Source: Vulcanimicrobiota bacterium (lineage in GTDB: Bacteria > Vulcanimicrobiota > Vulcanimicrobiia > Vulcanimicrobiales > Vulcanimicrobiaceae). From it: a stretch of 64,000 nt of DNA. The stretch spans positions 388,309 to 452,308 of the forward strand of contig CAVYEN010000002.1 in the NCBI GenBank assembly GCA_963767725.1. The letters are read 5' to 3'. The position numbers and the translations under genes are program-made. Positions 20,963-30,265 of this stretch are shown here, in pieces (the first letter of the stretch is position 1; each line of letters begins with the position of its first letter). The notes under the pieces are model-generated. The model saw only the letters and a list, made by a program, of their open reading frames with translations, was not told where the DNA came from and did not search any database.

Positions 20963-21742
20963 CTAAAATCCACTTGCGCGCGCTGCCTCATAGAGTGCAA
21001 TGGAGCCCGCCACGGCCGCGCTGAGGCTCTCCGCCGGGGGGACCATTGGGATCGCCAGCACGCGCTCGCAAAGGCTCTCCCAGCGGCCCAAACCCCGACG
21101 CTCATGGCCAACGAGGAGCGCGAGCGGAGGTTGCCATCCTTCCTCGCTTAACCGGATGCCATTTGCGGCCAAGCCTAAGATTCTGACGCCGGCCCGCGCC
21201 GCTGCAGCCCGGGCGTCCGGCGGATCGGCAACGCTCAACGTCAGGCGAAAGACGGCGCCCATTGAGGCCCTGACGACTTTGGGGTGGTACGGATCGACAC
21301 CAAGGCGTCCGAAGACGACGCCAGCGCAACCGAAGGCGTCCGCCGAGCGCAGCAGCGTCCCCGCATTGGCCGGATCGTTCACGTCGGCGAGCATCAGAAT
21401 CGGGCTACCGCGGCCGAAAAGCTCAGTGACCGCACACGCCTGCATGTGGGCGACCGCCACGATGCCGTTTGGCGTCGTAAGGTCGGAGATGTTCGCTGCG
21501 GAAGTCTGCTCGACGACGAACGTCGGCGTCCCGCGCTTGTCGAGCTCGCGCACGAGCGACGTAGAGTCGTACGCGGCCGGTGTCGCGTAGAGCTCCTCGA
21601 TTGGGAGATCAGCAGCAACCGCTTCCGCGAGCAGAGTGGCTCCTTCGAAGGCGAAGCGTTGCTGGTCGCGGCGGCCCTTGACCGAACGTAACGCGCGCAC
21701 TCCTGCAAGGCGCTCTGCACGGTTTCCTACCCGCGTCGCCAT
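20963..21742 (-). CDS. TrmH/SpoU-family RNA 2'-O-methyltransferase (RlmB-like)
   Basis: Runs from the ATG at 21742 (MATRVGN...). The C-terminal SpoU motifs are LVGHERRGL and IPM...ESLSAAVAGSIALYE. The upstream 66 aa of ORF 20963..21940 are Arg-rich junk. Confidence 0.85.
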   Translation of the reverse strand: MATRVGNRAERLAGVRALRSVKGRRDQQRFAFEGATLLAEAVAADLPIEELYATPAAYDSTSLVRELDKRGTPTFVVEQTSAANISDLTTPNGIVAVAHMQACAVTELFGRGSPILMLADVNDPANAGTLLRSADAFGCAGVVFGRLGVDPYHPKVVRASMGAVFRLTLSVADPPDARAAAARAGVRILGLAANGIRLSEEGWQPPLALLVGHERRGLGRWESLCERVLAIPMVPPAESLSAAVAGSIALYEAARASGF

Positions 21743-21936
21743 CGTCCCGAGAGCCACGCACGCGTGGCGATCATAATGAGGCCTGCGAACATTGCGGCGA
21801 GCACGACGGCAATCTTGTCGTTGAAATGGTGAGGGACTAGTGAGCGTACCAAAAGGTAAACGGCCGCAACGAAGACCACCAGGAAGAACGCAAGCCAACC
21901 GATCTCGGCCAAAATGGACGATGATAAGCGCGGCAC
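21727..21936 (-). CDS. Small two-TM membrane protein (hypothetical)
   Basis: 69 aa with two clear hydrophobic helices (ILAEIGWLAFFLVVFVAAVYLLV, IAVVLAAMFAGLIMIA). It overlaps the methyltransferase start by 16 nt. Confidence 0.45.
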   Translation of the reverse strand: MPRLSSSILAEIGWLAFFLVVFVAAVYLLVRSLVPHHFNDKIAVVLAAMFAGLIMIATRAWLSGRWRRG

Positions 21937-21985
21937 CCACCGATGCTACGAGGCGTCACTCGAACGTTCCGCCAAGCCGGCCCGA

Positions 21986-22541
21986 ATGGAAGAAGCGCCT
22001 GTAGTCTTCTCGTCGCGCCGCCTTTACCAGGGCCGAGTGTTCAACGTCCGCGCCGATGAGCTTCGCTATTGCGATGGATCCGAGCACCGGGTTGACGTCG
22101 TCGAGCATGGCGCCTCGCTCGCCATTGTTGCTACGCCTCGCCCGGACCACGTCGTGCTCGTGCGCCAGTACCGTCATGCAGTCGGCTCGATGCTCTGGGA
22201 AGTTCCGGCCGGCACTGCGGAGCCGGGCGAAGCTCCGCTCGAGGGTGCCAAGCGCGAGCTTCGCGAGGAGACCGGCTACTCTGCCGGGCGAATACGATTG
22301 ATTGGCTCCGCTTGGATGACGCCGGGATTCTGCTCGGAAGTCATGCATTTCTTTCATGCAGACGAGCTCACCGCCGGCGAGCCGGCCTTCGACGACGACG
22401 AGCGCATTGAAATTGCTTGCCTTACAATTTCAGGCGGCACGTCGGTTGGTCGCTGAGGGGACAGCCGACGCTAAAACCATGCTGGCCCTGTTTTGCCTGC
22501 AGTGCGGGGAAGATAAGATTTGGAGCGACTTTGGTCGATAG
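21986..22541 (+). pseudogene. NUDIX hydrolase (ADP-ribose pyrophosphatase-like), one frame break
   Basis: The Nudix box GAKRELREETGY is in the frame of ORF 21914. The family-typical C-terminus (AARRLVAEGTADAKTMLAL) is in the frame of ORF 22356..22541. The switch is near 22415. Confidence 0.8.
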
Positions 22542-22634
22542 CTACTGTAAGCAGGCTCTGAGCTATGACCGAGGTAACGGTCGCGCCGTCGCCGCTGCTA
22601 CGACGCGGGCGGCTTCCATCGGTCTTGGAGGTTA

Positions 22635-22913
22635 GTGGTGGAAATTCCCAGCGACATTGATGCAGTCTTAAAACGATTGCTGGAGTGCGATTGCGACGGT
22701 GGAGAACAGTCGGTGCTTGCGCCCGAAGACGAAACGTACTTGAGCTCGCTCATTGCGTCGGTTCGTTTGGGGCGCCGCGCCGTCTTGATCGTCGAAGACG
22801 TCGACGAACATCTCCGCTATATGTTCAGCAATGCGACGCGCGCCGAGGCGGTCACGATGTTGGGCAAGGTCGTTGAGGCCACGGGGCGCCGTCTTGCCGA
22901 CGGCGACGATTAA
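22635..22913 (+). CDS. Small acidic hypothetical protein
   Basis: 92 aa, with GTG at 22635/22638 preceded by GGAGGT. No family recognised. Confidence 0.4.
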   Translation: MVEIPSDIDAVLKRLLECDCDGGEQSVLAPEDETYLSSLIASVRLGRRAVLIVEDVDEHLRYMFSNATRAEAVTMLGKVVEATGRRLADGDD

Positions 22914-24540
22914 GCCACCAGCCTGATTCCGTCGACCTTCCCGTTGGGCGCAACTTCAAAGTCATAGTGATACTGCGCGCGGGGATAGCGCACCAAAAAC
23001 TCGTAAAGCGTATCGCCGTTTGATTCGGTTGCGCTGTAGATCGGCACGATGAATTCCGGGTGCCCCAGCGCGGCGAAATTCTCACGGGCGACGAGATCGT
23101 CGGTAAGATAGGCACTAAATGCCGGCGTGAGCTCGGTGCGGTCAAGGCGCTTGGATGCGAGCCGCGCGAGCCACTCCTTTGCGCGCGCGATGACGGCGTT
23201 GTCGAGAACGGCAGCCGTCGGCGGCAAAAGCACGTCGAGAATGCGGGCTCCAACTTCCTCCGGAACGGTAACGCCCCCGTCGGCCGAATCGGCGTTCGAA
23301 AAGACGATGACGCCTAGGTGTTCGCTTGGCAGCAACGCGTTCAGCGAGCGATAACCCGGGATGACTCCGTTCGACCAGACGAACTCCTTACCGCCGCGGT
23401 GGTCGATCACCCAGCCCATGCCGTAATGTGTAGGGCCGATGCTCGCGCTCGGACTAAAAATCGTCCGAATGGCGTCGACACGTAGCAGTACCGGCATTTC
23501 GATATCCCATTTTGCTAGGTCGTCGATTGTCGAAACCAAACCGGCATAGCCCCCGAGCCAGGAAGGATCCCACATTTGTGCGGTCGTGAAGCCCTGCGCC
23601 GTACCCATGTATCCGGTTGCGTGCTTGGGCGAGATGCCGCTGTCGCCTGCGAGAAACGTGTGGTCCATAACGAGCGGTATGAAGATGTGCTGCTCGAGGT
23701 AATCGGAAAGGGGAATACCGCTCGCGCGCTCCACGACCATTCCGGCCAGCAAATAGTTGATCGGATTGTTTGCGTAGGCCGTCCCTGGGGCAGCCGCGTG
23801 CTTCATGTTGTCTATTGCGGCCAAGAGATCGGCGAGTTTGACCGACGCGGTGAAGTCTTTAGAAATGCCCGGTACGGCGCTGTAATTAGGCAGACCAGAA
23901 GTTTGCGTCAGTAATTCGGCGACGGTGATGTCGGCGCCCGAGCGGAACGCCGGAATGTACTTCGAAACGGGATCGTCGAGCTTCAGCTTGCCGTCCTGAG
24001 CGAGCAGTAAGACCGCCGCGGCCGTAAACTGCATGGTGAGGTCGCCCGCGTAAAACTCCGTCTCGGGCGTCATGGGAACGTGAGGAGAGAGCGTGCCGAA
24101 CCCAAAGCCGCGCGCGTAAACGAGCCGGCCTTCCTCGACGACTCCGATCGCGATGCCGGGCGTGCGATGCATGTGAATTTGGTTGATGGCCATGCGATCG
24201 ATCTGGGCAGAGATCGCCGCAGGCAATGTGGATATCGCTTGAGCGGGTGGTGAGGCCGGAGTAGTCGGCGGTACGGCGGGCGTAGCGGTCGCCAGTGCCG
24301 CGGGAGTAGCCGTCGCCGGTGTCCCGGGAGTAGCGGTCGCCGGTGCCGCGGGATTGTAGCGGTCGCCGGTGCCGCGGGCGTAGCGGTGGCTGGGAGCTCG
24401 GGAGTAGCGGTGGCCGGAATTGCGGGCGTCGCCGAGGTCGGCGAGGGGGCGGACGTGGTTTGGCCCGGCGCCCTCAAAGGGGCCGGTGCTAAGATACCGA
24501 CGACTAGAGCCGTCGCAAAGACGGCGGCCCAACGAGCCAT
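22910..24540 (-). pseudogene. Secreted serine hydrolase (beta-lactamase/PBP4* family) with a Thr/Pro-rich linker, one frame break
   Basis: The signal peptide and linker start (MARWAAVFATALVVGILAPAPL...ATATPELPATATPAAP) are in ORF 24070..24540. The rest of the linker and the catalytic domain are in ORF 22910..24532. The break is a 2-nt insertion at 24354-24355 inside the repeat array. Confidence 0.85.
24271..24432 (-). repeat. 24-nt tandem repeat (about 7 units) encoding ATATPxxP octapeptides
   Basis: Plus-strand units include agtgccgcgggagtagccgtcgcc, ggtgtcccgggagtagcggtcgcc and ggtgccgcgggcgtagcggtggct. One unit is 26 nt long (ggattgtagcgg in place of ggagtagcgg). Confidence 0.8.
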
Positions 24541-24598
24541 GACCCGCAGATTATATACCTTCCGGGCGGCGCGGGGCTAGGTCAACGCGCCCAAAAAG

Positions 24599-24958
24599 CT
24601 ACTTCTGGCAGGCTTGCCTTGCCAAATTGAGGAGTGCGCCGAATGCTTTCCGGTCGGAGACCGCCAGGTCGGCAAGCGCCTTACGGTTGAGCGTCACGCC
24701 CGATTTTTTCAAGCCGTGCATGAAGAGCGAGTAGGACAGTCCTTCCTGACGGGCCGCGGCGTTGATGCGGCTGATCCACAATGAACGAAAGTCACGCTTG
24801 CGAACGCGACGGTCTCGAAACGCGTACGCCAGGGATTTGAGCAGCGCTTCGTTTGCGACGCGATAGTTACGGCGGCGGGCGGCGCGAAAGCCCTTGACCA
24901 GTTTCATGACCTTGCGGCGGTGCTTGAGGCCGCCGACGCCGCGTTTGATGCGTGCCAT
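24599..24958 (-). CDS. rplT: 50S ribosomal protein L20
   Basis: 119 aa: MARIKRGVGGLKHRRKVMKLVKGFRAARRR... Confidence 0.98.
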   Translation of the reverse strand: MARIKRGVGGLKHRRKVMKLVKGFRAARRRNYRVANEALLKSLAYAFRDRRVRKRDFRSLWISRINAAARQEGLSYSLFMHGLKKSGVTLNRKALADLAVSDRKAFGALLNLARQACQK

Positions 24959-24970
24959 TCGTTACCAGCC

Positions 24971-25177
24971 CTACACCAGATATGGGATCGTTGGCGCGAG
25001 CCGCTTCAGGTCGCCCTTGAAGGTAGGCTGGTCTTTGCGGAAGTTGCGCTTGCGCTTACGCGTCTTCTTGCTGAGAATATGGCCGCAACCGTCGAATTGG
25101 TGACGATGCAAAACCTTCCCGGTCGCCGTTACCTTCACGCGCTTGGCGGTTCCTCGATGCGTTCGTATTTTAGGCAC
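24971..25177 (-). CDS. rpmI: 50S ribosomal protein L35
   Basis: GTG at 25177 lies 7 nt after AAGGAG. VPKIRTHRGTAKRVKVTATGKV is canonical L35. It overlaps the infC stop by 8 nt. Confidence 0.95.
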   Translation of the reverse strand: MPKIRTHRGTAKRVKVTATGKVLHRHQFDGCGHILSKKTRKRKRNFRKDQPTFKGDLKRLAPTIPYLV

Positions 25178-25730
25178 TGGTTCGCTCCTTGGTCGGTACA
25201 GAAAACTTCGGCGGTCCCGGCGTCGCACGCGGCGCCAAAATCATGAACATGTTCTTTCCCTCGAGCCGCGCTTCACGCTCGACCGTCGCCAGCGGCGCCA
25301 TATCCTCTGCCATCCGGTCGAGCAGCTTTCGCCCAAACGACGTATACGTGATCTCGCGCCCGCGAAACATAATCGTCACTTTGATTTTGCTTCCGTCGAG
25401 AAGCAACCGTTCGGCCATTCGCGCCTTCGTCTCGTAATCGTGCGTCTCTATCTTCGGCCGCAGCTTCACTTCCTTGAGCTCGAAGTGCCGCTGCTTTTTG
25501 CGAGCGTCCTTATCTTTCTTCGACTGCTCGTATTTCAGCCGCCCGTAATCGGCGATCTTGCAGACCGGGGGTTGAGCATTCGGCGAGATCTCGATTAGAT
25601 CGAGTCCGGCAAATCGTGCGCGCGCCAGCGCGTCTTCGGTTGGCAAAATGCCGAGTTGGTGCCCGTTTTCGTCGATCACCCGAACCGCACGAATGCGAAT
25701 CTGATCGTTGACGCGCAGGAGTTTTGCTAT
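25170..25730 (-). CDS. infC: Translation initiation factor IF-3, probably starting at a non-canonical ATA
   Basis: The conserved N-terminus IAKLLRVNDQIRIRAVRVIDENG extends 17 codons upstream of the first ATG/GTG/TTG (25679). ATA at 25728-25730 lies about 8 nt after GGAG. Confidence 0.88.
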   Translation of the reverse strand: MAKLLRVNDQIRIRAVRVIDENGHQLGILPTEDALARARFAGLDLIEISPNAQPPVCKIADYGRLKYEQSKKDKDARKKQRHFELKEVKLRPKIETHDYETKARMAERLLLDGSKIKVTIMFRGREITYTSFGRKLLDRMAEDMAPLATVEREARLEGKNMFMILAPRATPGPPKFSVPTKERTSA

Positions 25731-25746
25731 GTGTTCATCTCCAAAT

Positions 25747-25772
25747 GAAAAAGGCGCTGCCGGAGCAGCCCC
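25747..25772 (-). terminator. Intrinsic terminator immediately upstream of infC and downstream of rocD
   Basis: On the minus strand GGGGCTGC-tccg-GCAGCGCC is followed by TTTTTC and ends about 16 nt before the infC ATA. Confidence 0.7.
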
Positions 25773-25890
25773 ACTACGGAACCAGCCGCAAGTTCCTTAC
25801 AGTGAAGACCGGATCACCCGCGGGTATCCGGTGAGCGGATCGAGCCGCTGCTTCGGCTCGCCAACCATATCACGCCCCGCCGGGGGAGTG

Positions 25891-27186
25891 TCAAGCCTGC
25901 GCATCGACGGCCGCGACGGCGTCGGCGAAGCGCTCGAGCAAGTAAGCATATGGCGTCGTCATCGATGACCAGCGGCGGTGCGATTCGCAAGACGTCAGGC
26001 TTCGTATCTTTTGCAGCGATGCCGCGCTCGAGCAGCGCTTCGGAGAGCCGCTTCGCCGGTATCGTCAGCACTACGCCGATAAGCAAGCCGCGTCCGCGAA
26101 CCTGCAGGATCGACCGAGAGGCGATGGCTCTGAGTCCGCGCACGATTGCGGTACCCGCGCGTCGCGCACGCGCGGCGAGATCTTCGGAAACGATGACGTC
26201 GAGGGCTGCGTCGGCGACCGCGGACGCAAGCGGATTTCCCCCGAACGTGCTGCCGTGATCGCCCGGTTGAAAAAGGCGCATCAGCTCTTCGCTCGCCAGC
26301 GCCGCGGATACCGGATAGTAGCCGCCGCCCAACGCTTTTCCGACGACAAGCACGTCGGGCTTCACCGCTTCGTGATCGCATGCGAACATATCGCCAGTGC
26401 GTCCGAATCCGGTTTGCACCTCGTCGGCGACGAAGAGGACTTCGCGCTGTCGGCACAGCGAGCGCACGCGCTGTAGATAGCCGTCGGGCGGAACGTTGAC
26501 GCCGCCCTCGCCTTGAATCGGCTCGATCAGAACGGCGCAGGTGTTGGCGTTGATCGCACGCTCCACCGCAGCGGCGTCGCCAAACGGCACGGCGACGAAG
26601 CCCGGCACAAACGGACCGAATCCGGCGCGATACTGCGCAGTCGTACTGGCGCTTACGGCCGCCGAGCGTACGCCCGTGAAAGTTGTTCTGAAAGACGATG
26701 ATCTCCGCGCGATCTTCGGGAATCCGTTTGCGTGACGTAACCCCATCGCCGCGCGAGCTTGATAGCGGTTTCAACGGCCTCGACGCCGGTGTTCATCGGA
26801 ACGGCTTTGTCGTATCCGCAGACGCGTGTCAGCTTTTCGAGGAAGCCCGCCAAGCGATCGTTGCGCAACGCGCGCGACGTCAGCGTTACGCGCTGCGCCT
26901 GTTCGACGAGCGCCGCGTAAACTCGCGGATGGCAGTGCCCAACGTTGAGCGCAGAGTAAGCGCTCACGCAGTCCAGATACCGCTTCCCGGCGACGTCCCA
27001 AAGCCAAACGCCCTCGGCCCGCTCGACCACGAGGTCGAGCGGCGCGTAGTTATGGGCGCCATACCGCTGCTCTTCGGAGATGAGCTCGCTGGCGCGATCC
27101 GAGAGGAGATACACGTCCTGGCTGTTAAGGAATTTTACTTGGCTACCTGCTTCGGCCGTCTCGAGCGCCTTATGGCTCGTGACCAT
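25891..27186 (-). pseudogene. rocD: Ornithine aminotransferase (class-III PLP enzyme), three frame breaks
   Basis: Homology runs through four ORF frames: EEQRYGAHNYAPL...MNTGVEAVETAIKLARRWGYV (ORF 26653..), KRIPEDRAEIIVFQNNFHGRT (ORF 25995..), AAVSASTTAQYRAGFGP...DEVQTGFGRTG...HGSTFGGNP...RIAPPLVIDDD (ORF 25814..), then AYLLERFADAVAAVDAQA with stop at 25891. Switches are near 26735, 26663 and 25948. An alternative start is the GTG at 27114. Confidence 0.88.
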
Positions 27187-28062
27187 CCCGGCGTCGCCGT
27201 GAGGGCGCGCACGGTTGCGTACGTGCATTCGTCCCCGCGCGAGCGTTCGGTCGTTCTGCTGCACGGTATGAGCGCGAGCCCGGCGCAGTTCGAGCGTGTG
27301 GCCCGGGATCTCTTCCAGCGCGGCCACAACGTGCTGGTGCCGCGCCTGCCGCGCCACGGCCACGCCGATCCGCTCTCGACGGCGCTGGAGAGATTGCGCG
27401 CGGACGATCTCTACGACGCCGTCGCAGAGTACGTCGTCATCGCGCGAGAGCTCGGCGAGCGCGTGACGGTTGCCGGTTTTTCGCTCGGAGGTTTGCTGAC
27501 AGCATGGGCCGCCCAGCATTACGCGCTCGAGCGAGCGGTACCGATCGCGCCCTTCTTCGGCGTTTCGTGGATTCCGAATCGATTGATGGGGCCGGTTGCC
27601 GAGCGACTGTTGCGCGCCCCGAATCGCTTTCATTGGTGGAATCCCATTCTGCGCGAACGTCAGTTTCTGGCTACCAGCGGTTATCCGCGCTATGCGACGC
27701 ACGCAATCGCGCGCTCGTACCGCATGGCCAGTTCTCTGCTCGACGAAGCTCGCACGAGTTACCCTATTGCAGAGCACGTTATGATCGTGGCCAATGCGGC
27801 CGAAGTTGCCGTCAACAACTACGCGATCCGCAAGCTCTATAAAAGCTGGCGACGTCACCGCCCCGAGGCGGTCGAGCTTGCCGTGCTTACCGGCTTGCCG
27901 CTCTCGCACGACATCGTATCGCCGTTGCGTCGATGGCGGCTTGCCGATCGCGTGCATCCGCATTTGCTGCGCGCGATCGATCGCATCCACTGTCGCGTAG
28001 AAACGCACTCGAGCCGAGCCAGTTTACGTGGTAATCGAGAGGCGACGTACGAGATGCGCTGA
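27172..28062 (+). CDS. Alpha/beta-fold hydrolase
   Basis: HG oxyanion motif (VVLLHGMSA) and nucleophile elbow GFSLGG. The start is ATG 27172 or GTG about 27199. The upstream part of ORF 26698..28062 is antisense to rocD. Confidence 0.8.
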   Translation: MARDHPGVAVRARTVAYVHSSPRERSVVLLHGMSASPAQFERVARDLFQRGHNVLVPRLPRHGHADPLSTALERLRADDLYDAVAEYVVIARELGERVTVAGFSLGGLLTAWAAQHYALERAVPIAPFFGVSWIPNRLMGPVAERLLRAPNRFHWWNPILRERQFLATSGYPRYATHAIARSYRMASSLLDEARTSYPIAEHVMIVANAAEVAVNNYAIRKLYKSWRRHRPEAVELAVLTGLPLSHDIVSPLRRWRLADRVHPHLLRAIDRIHCRVETHSSRASLRGNREATYEMR

Positions 28063-28072
28063 TTAAGCTTTC

Positions 28073-29630
28073 TTAGTTGTAGCTGCGCAGCTTTGGCCAG
28101 ACAGCCGCGAGCGGCGCAGTAATCCCTTCGCAGATGGAAATCGGAAAGCCATTCTCAAACGGTCGTCCCCAAGGATTAGAAAATCGCGCCACGACGCGGT
28201 GGATTCGAAAGAGGCGGGCGTCGCGGTCGCATTCGCCGTGCACGTCGATCAGAACGTTGCCTGAGTAGCCGTGCGTTCCCCAGATCCAATATTGATTGTG
28301 GCCCGAGAGCACCGGCGGCAGTCCGTATTCGCCGCCGAAGAAATCGATTGCCGCAGCTTCGCCGTAGTTGCTCGCGAGGATCGCCGCTTGGGCGCGCTGG
28401 TCGGGCGGTAACGAGTGGTAAATGCGCGCGACGAGTGCGGCCAGCTCACGCCAGCCGTGCATGTCGCCCCAGTCGGGCGGCAGCTTGCCGATTTGCGTGC
28501 GTTCGGATTTTGCCAACGAGACTTCGCGAGCGAGCATCGACTGCGCCAACCGATCGTACGCCGACATCGTGCGTTCGGGCAGCACCGGCATGAGCAAGCG
28601 GGACGAGCAAGACGCCGGCCGCGAGCGCGTAGGCGGCGAGCGCGGGGCGCCACAGTACGGCAGACGCCGTCCAAGCTTCGATCTTCACCGCGCCCGCGGC
28701 GATCAAGATCGGATAGACGTCGCCCGGATAGTAATCTTTTCCGTGCAGCGCAATCATTTGCGCGATCAGAGCCGAAATAGGCGAGCTCCGAGAAAGCGTG
28801 CCTCCGAGCGCCGCAGCAGCGTCACGAGTCCGACCAGCGAGATGGGCGCGAGCAGCGGGTGGACGATTAACAATTGCGTGGCCACGTACTCGAGCGGCGA
28901 GAGCTGAGCATTCTTATACTCGTCCGCGTCGTGCAGCAGCGTCCACATCGGATACCCGTGCGCCGCCTGCCAGATGAAGTTGGGCAGCGCGATCGCTGCG
29001 GCGATCAGCACGCCGCCAAGGAACCATGGGCTGAACATCCTGCGCCTCTGCGGCAGCGCTACGAGCGCGGCGAGCATCGCGACGGCGAAGAACAGCACGC
29101 TGTACTTACTCTCGAGCGCGATGCCGACGATCGAGCCGACGGCGAGCCACCAGCGCGGATCGGCGCCCTTGACGATGCGCAACACATAGAGCGCGGCAAG
29201 CGGCCAGAGCCACAACCCCACGATGTCGGTGGTGATCGTGGTTCCGAAGTGCATCAGGGCGGGCGTGACGACCGCGACGATGGCAGCGAAGCAACTCGGC
29301 GAACGTGGATCCGCCGAGCTCGACGGCCAGCAAGCAGGTCGTATAAACCGATGCGGCCGCGAAGAGCGCGGGCACCGCGCGGAGTAAGAAGAGCGAGTGT
29401 CCGAAGAGTTGCGAGCCGGCGGCCAGCAGCGGAACGATCGGCGGCTGGTCCACGTATCCCCACGCCGGCCGAAACCCGCAGATCACGAAGTAGAGCTCGT
29501 CTCGAAAGAAGCCGTAGTGCGGGTTGGCAATGAGATGCACGACCAACGTCGCCAGCGCGGCCGCCGCCGGAATGAGGCGGACCTGAAGCGCTGTTCGTGG
29601 GCGAAAACGCCGGCTTTGATCGAGTACCAT
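28073..29630 (-). pseudogene. GT-C glycosyltransferase, family 39 (PMT/ArnT-like), three frame breaks
   Basis: The N-terminus (YGFFRDELYFVICGFRPAWGYVDQPP) is in ORF 29106..30104. The TM core is in ORF 28766..29254, IALHGKDYYPGDVYP in ORF 28446..28757, and the C-terminal domain (WGDMHGW...ASNYGEAAAIDFFG...WPKLRSYN) in ORF 28073..28597. Switches are near 29290, 28785 and 28600. Confidence 0.8.
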
Positions 29631-30137
29631 GATGACGAGTGGGGTGTGCCGCTCCACGACGATTCTTCCCTCTTCGAACTGCTCGTACTCGAAGGCGCGC
29701 AAGCGGGCTTGAGCTGGGAAACGATACTCCGTAAACGCTCGCGCTACCGCGAAGTCTTTCGCCGGTTCGATCCTGGCTTTGTCGCCCGAATCACGCCGGC
29801 GCGAATCGAGAAGATTTTGCATGATCCCGGCATCGTTCGAAACCGCGCAAAGATTGTTTGCGCGGTAGGCAACGCCCGGGCGCTGCTGCGCCTGCGCGAC
29901 GAGTTTGGAACCTTCGATGCGTACGTCTGGCGATTCGTCGGCAATAGACAGATCGTGAACCGGCCGCGACGTCCCGAGGACGTGCCGGCTTCGTCGCCGG
30001 AGTCGCACGCATTGAGCGCCGATTTGTTCAGGCGCGGTTTTCGCTTCGTTGGCCCTACGATCTGCTACGCGTTCATGCAAGCGACCGGAATGATCGACGA
30101 TCACCTCGTCGACTGTGCGTGGAAGACGCCGCTGTAA
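29535..30137 (+). CDS. tag: DNA-3-methyladenine glycosylase I
   Basis: KRCSWAKTPALIEYHDDEWGVP...LVLEGAQAGLSW...FVGPTICYAFMQATGMIDDH aligns along its whole length with E. coli Tag. The start is uncertain: ATG 29535 gives a 15-aa basic extension, and no canonical start sits next to the KRCSW motif. Confidence 0.88.
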   Translation: MHDQRRQRGRRRNEADLKRCSWAKTPALIEYHDDEWGVPLHDDSSLFELLVLEGAQAGLSWETILRKRSRYREVFRRFDPGFVARITPARIEKILHDPGIVRNRAKIVCAVGNARALLRLRDEFGTFDAYVWRFVGNRQIVNRPRRPEDVPASSPESHALSADLFRRGFRFVGPTICYAFMQATGMIDDHLVDCAWKTPL

Positions 30138-30265
30138 CGACGGAGCGCCGCGAACGAGCGTTCGATTAAATGAGGTCAGCGGGTCGTGAAGGCTAGCCGC
30201 GGCTCATCGCGTAAGGAGGCGCCTTGCTCTTTCATTGTCGATGTCTTTAGTTTCACGAGTCCGAA

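Noticed and set aside
24271-24432. Regularly spaced repeats as a CRISPR array
   Set aside because: The units are contiguous 24-nt tandem copies without spacers. They lie inside an ORF and encode a Thr/Pro linker.
26698-28008. Mutually antisense 450-aa ORFs (26698-28062 plus strand, 26653-28008 minus strand) as two full-length overlapping genes
   Set aside because: Only the 3' two thirds of the plus ORF (alpha/beta hydrolase, from about 27172) and the 3' third of the minus ORF (rocD N-terminus, up to 27186) show homology. The remainders are shadow frames.
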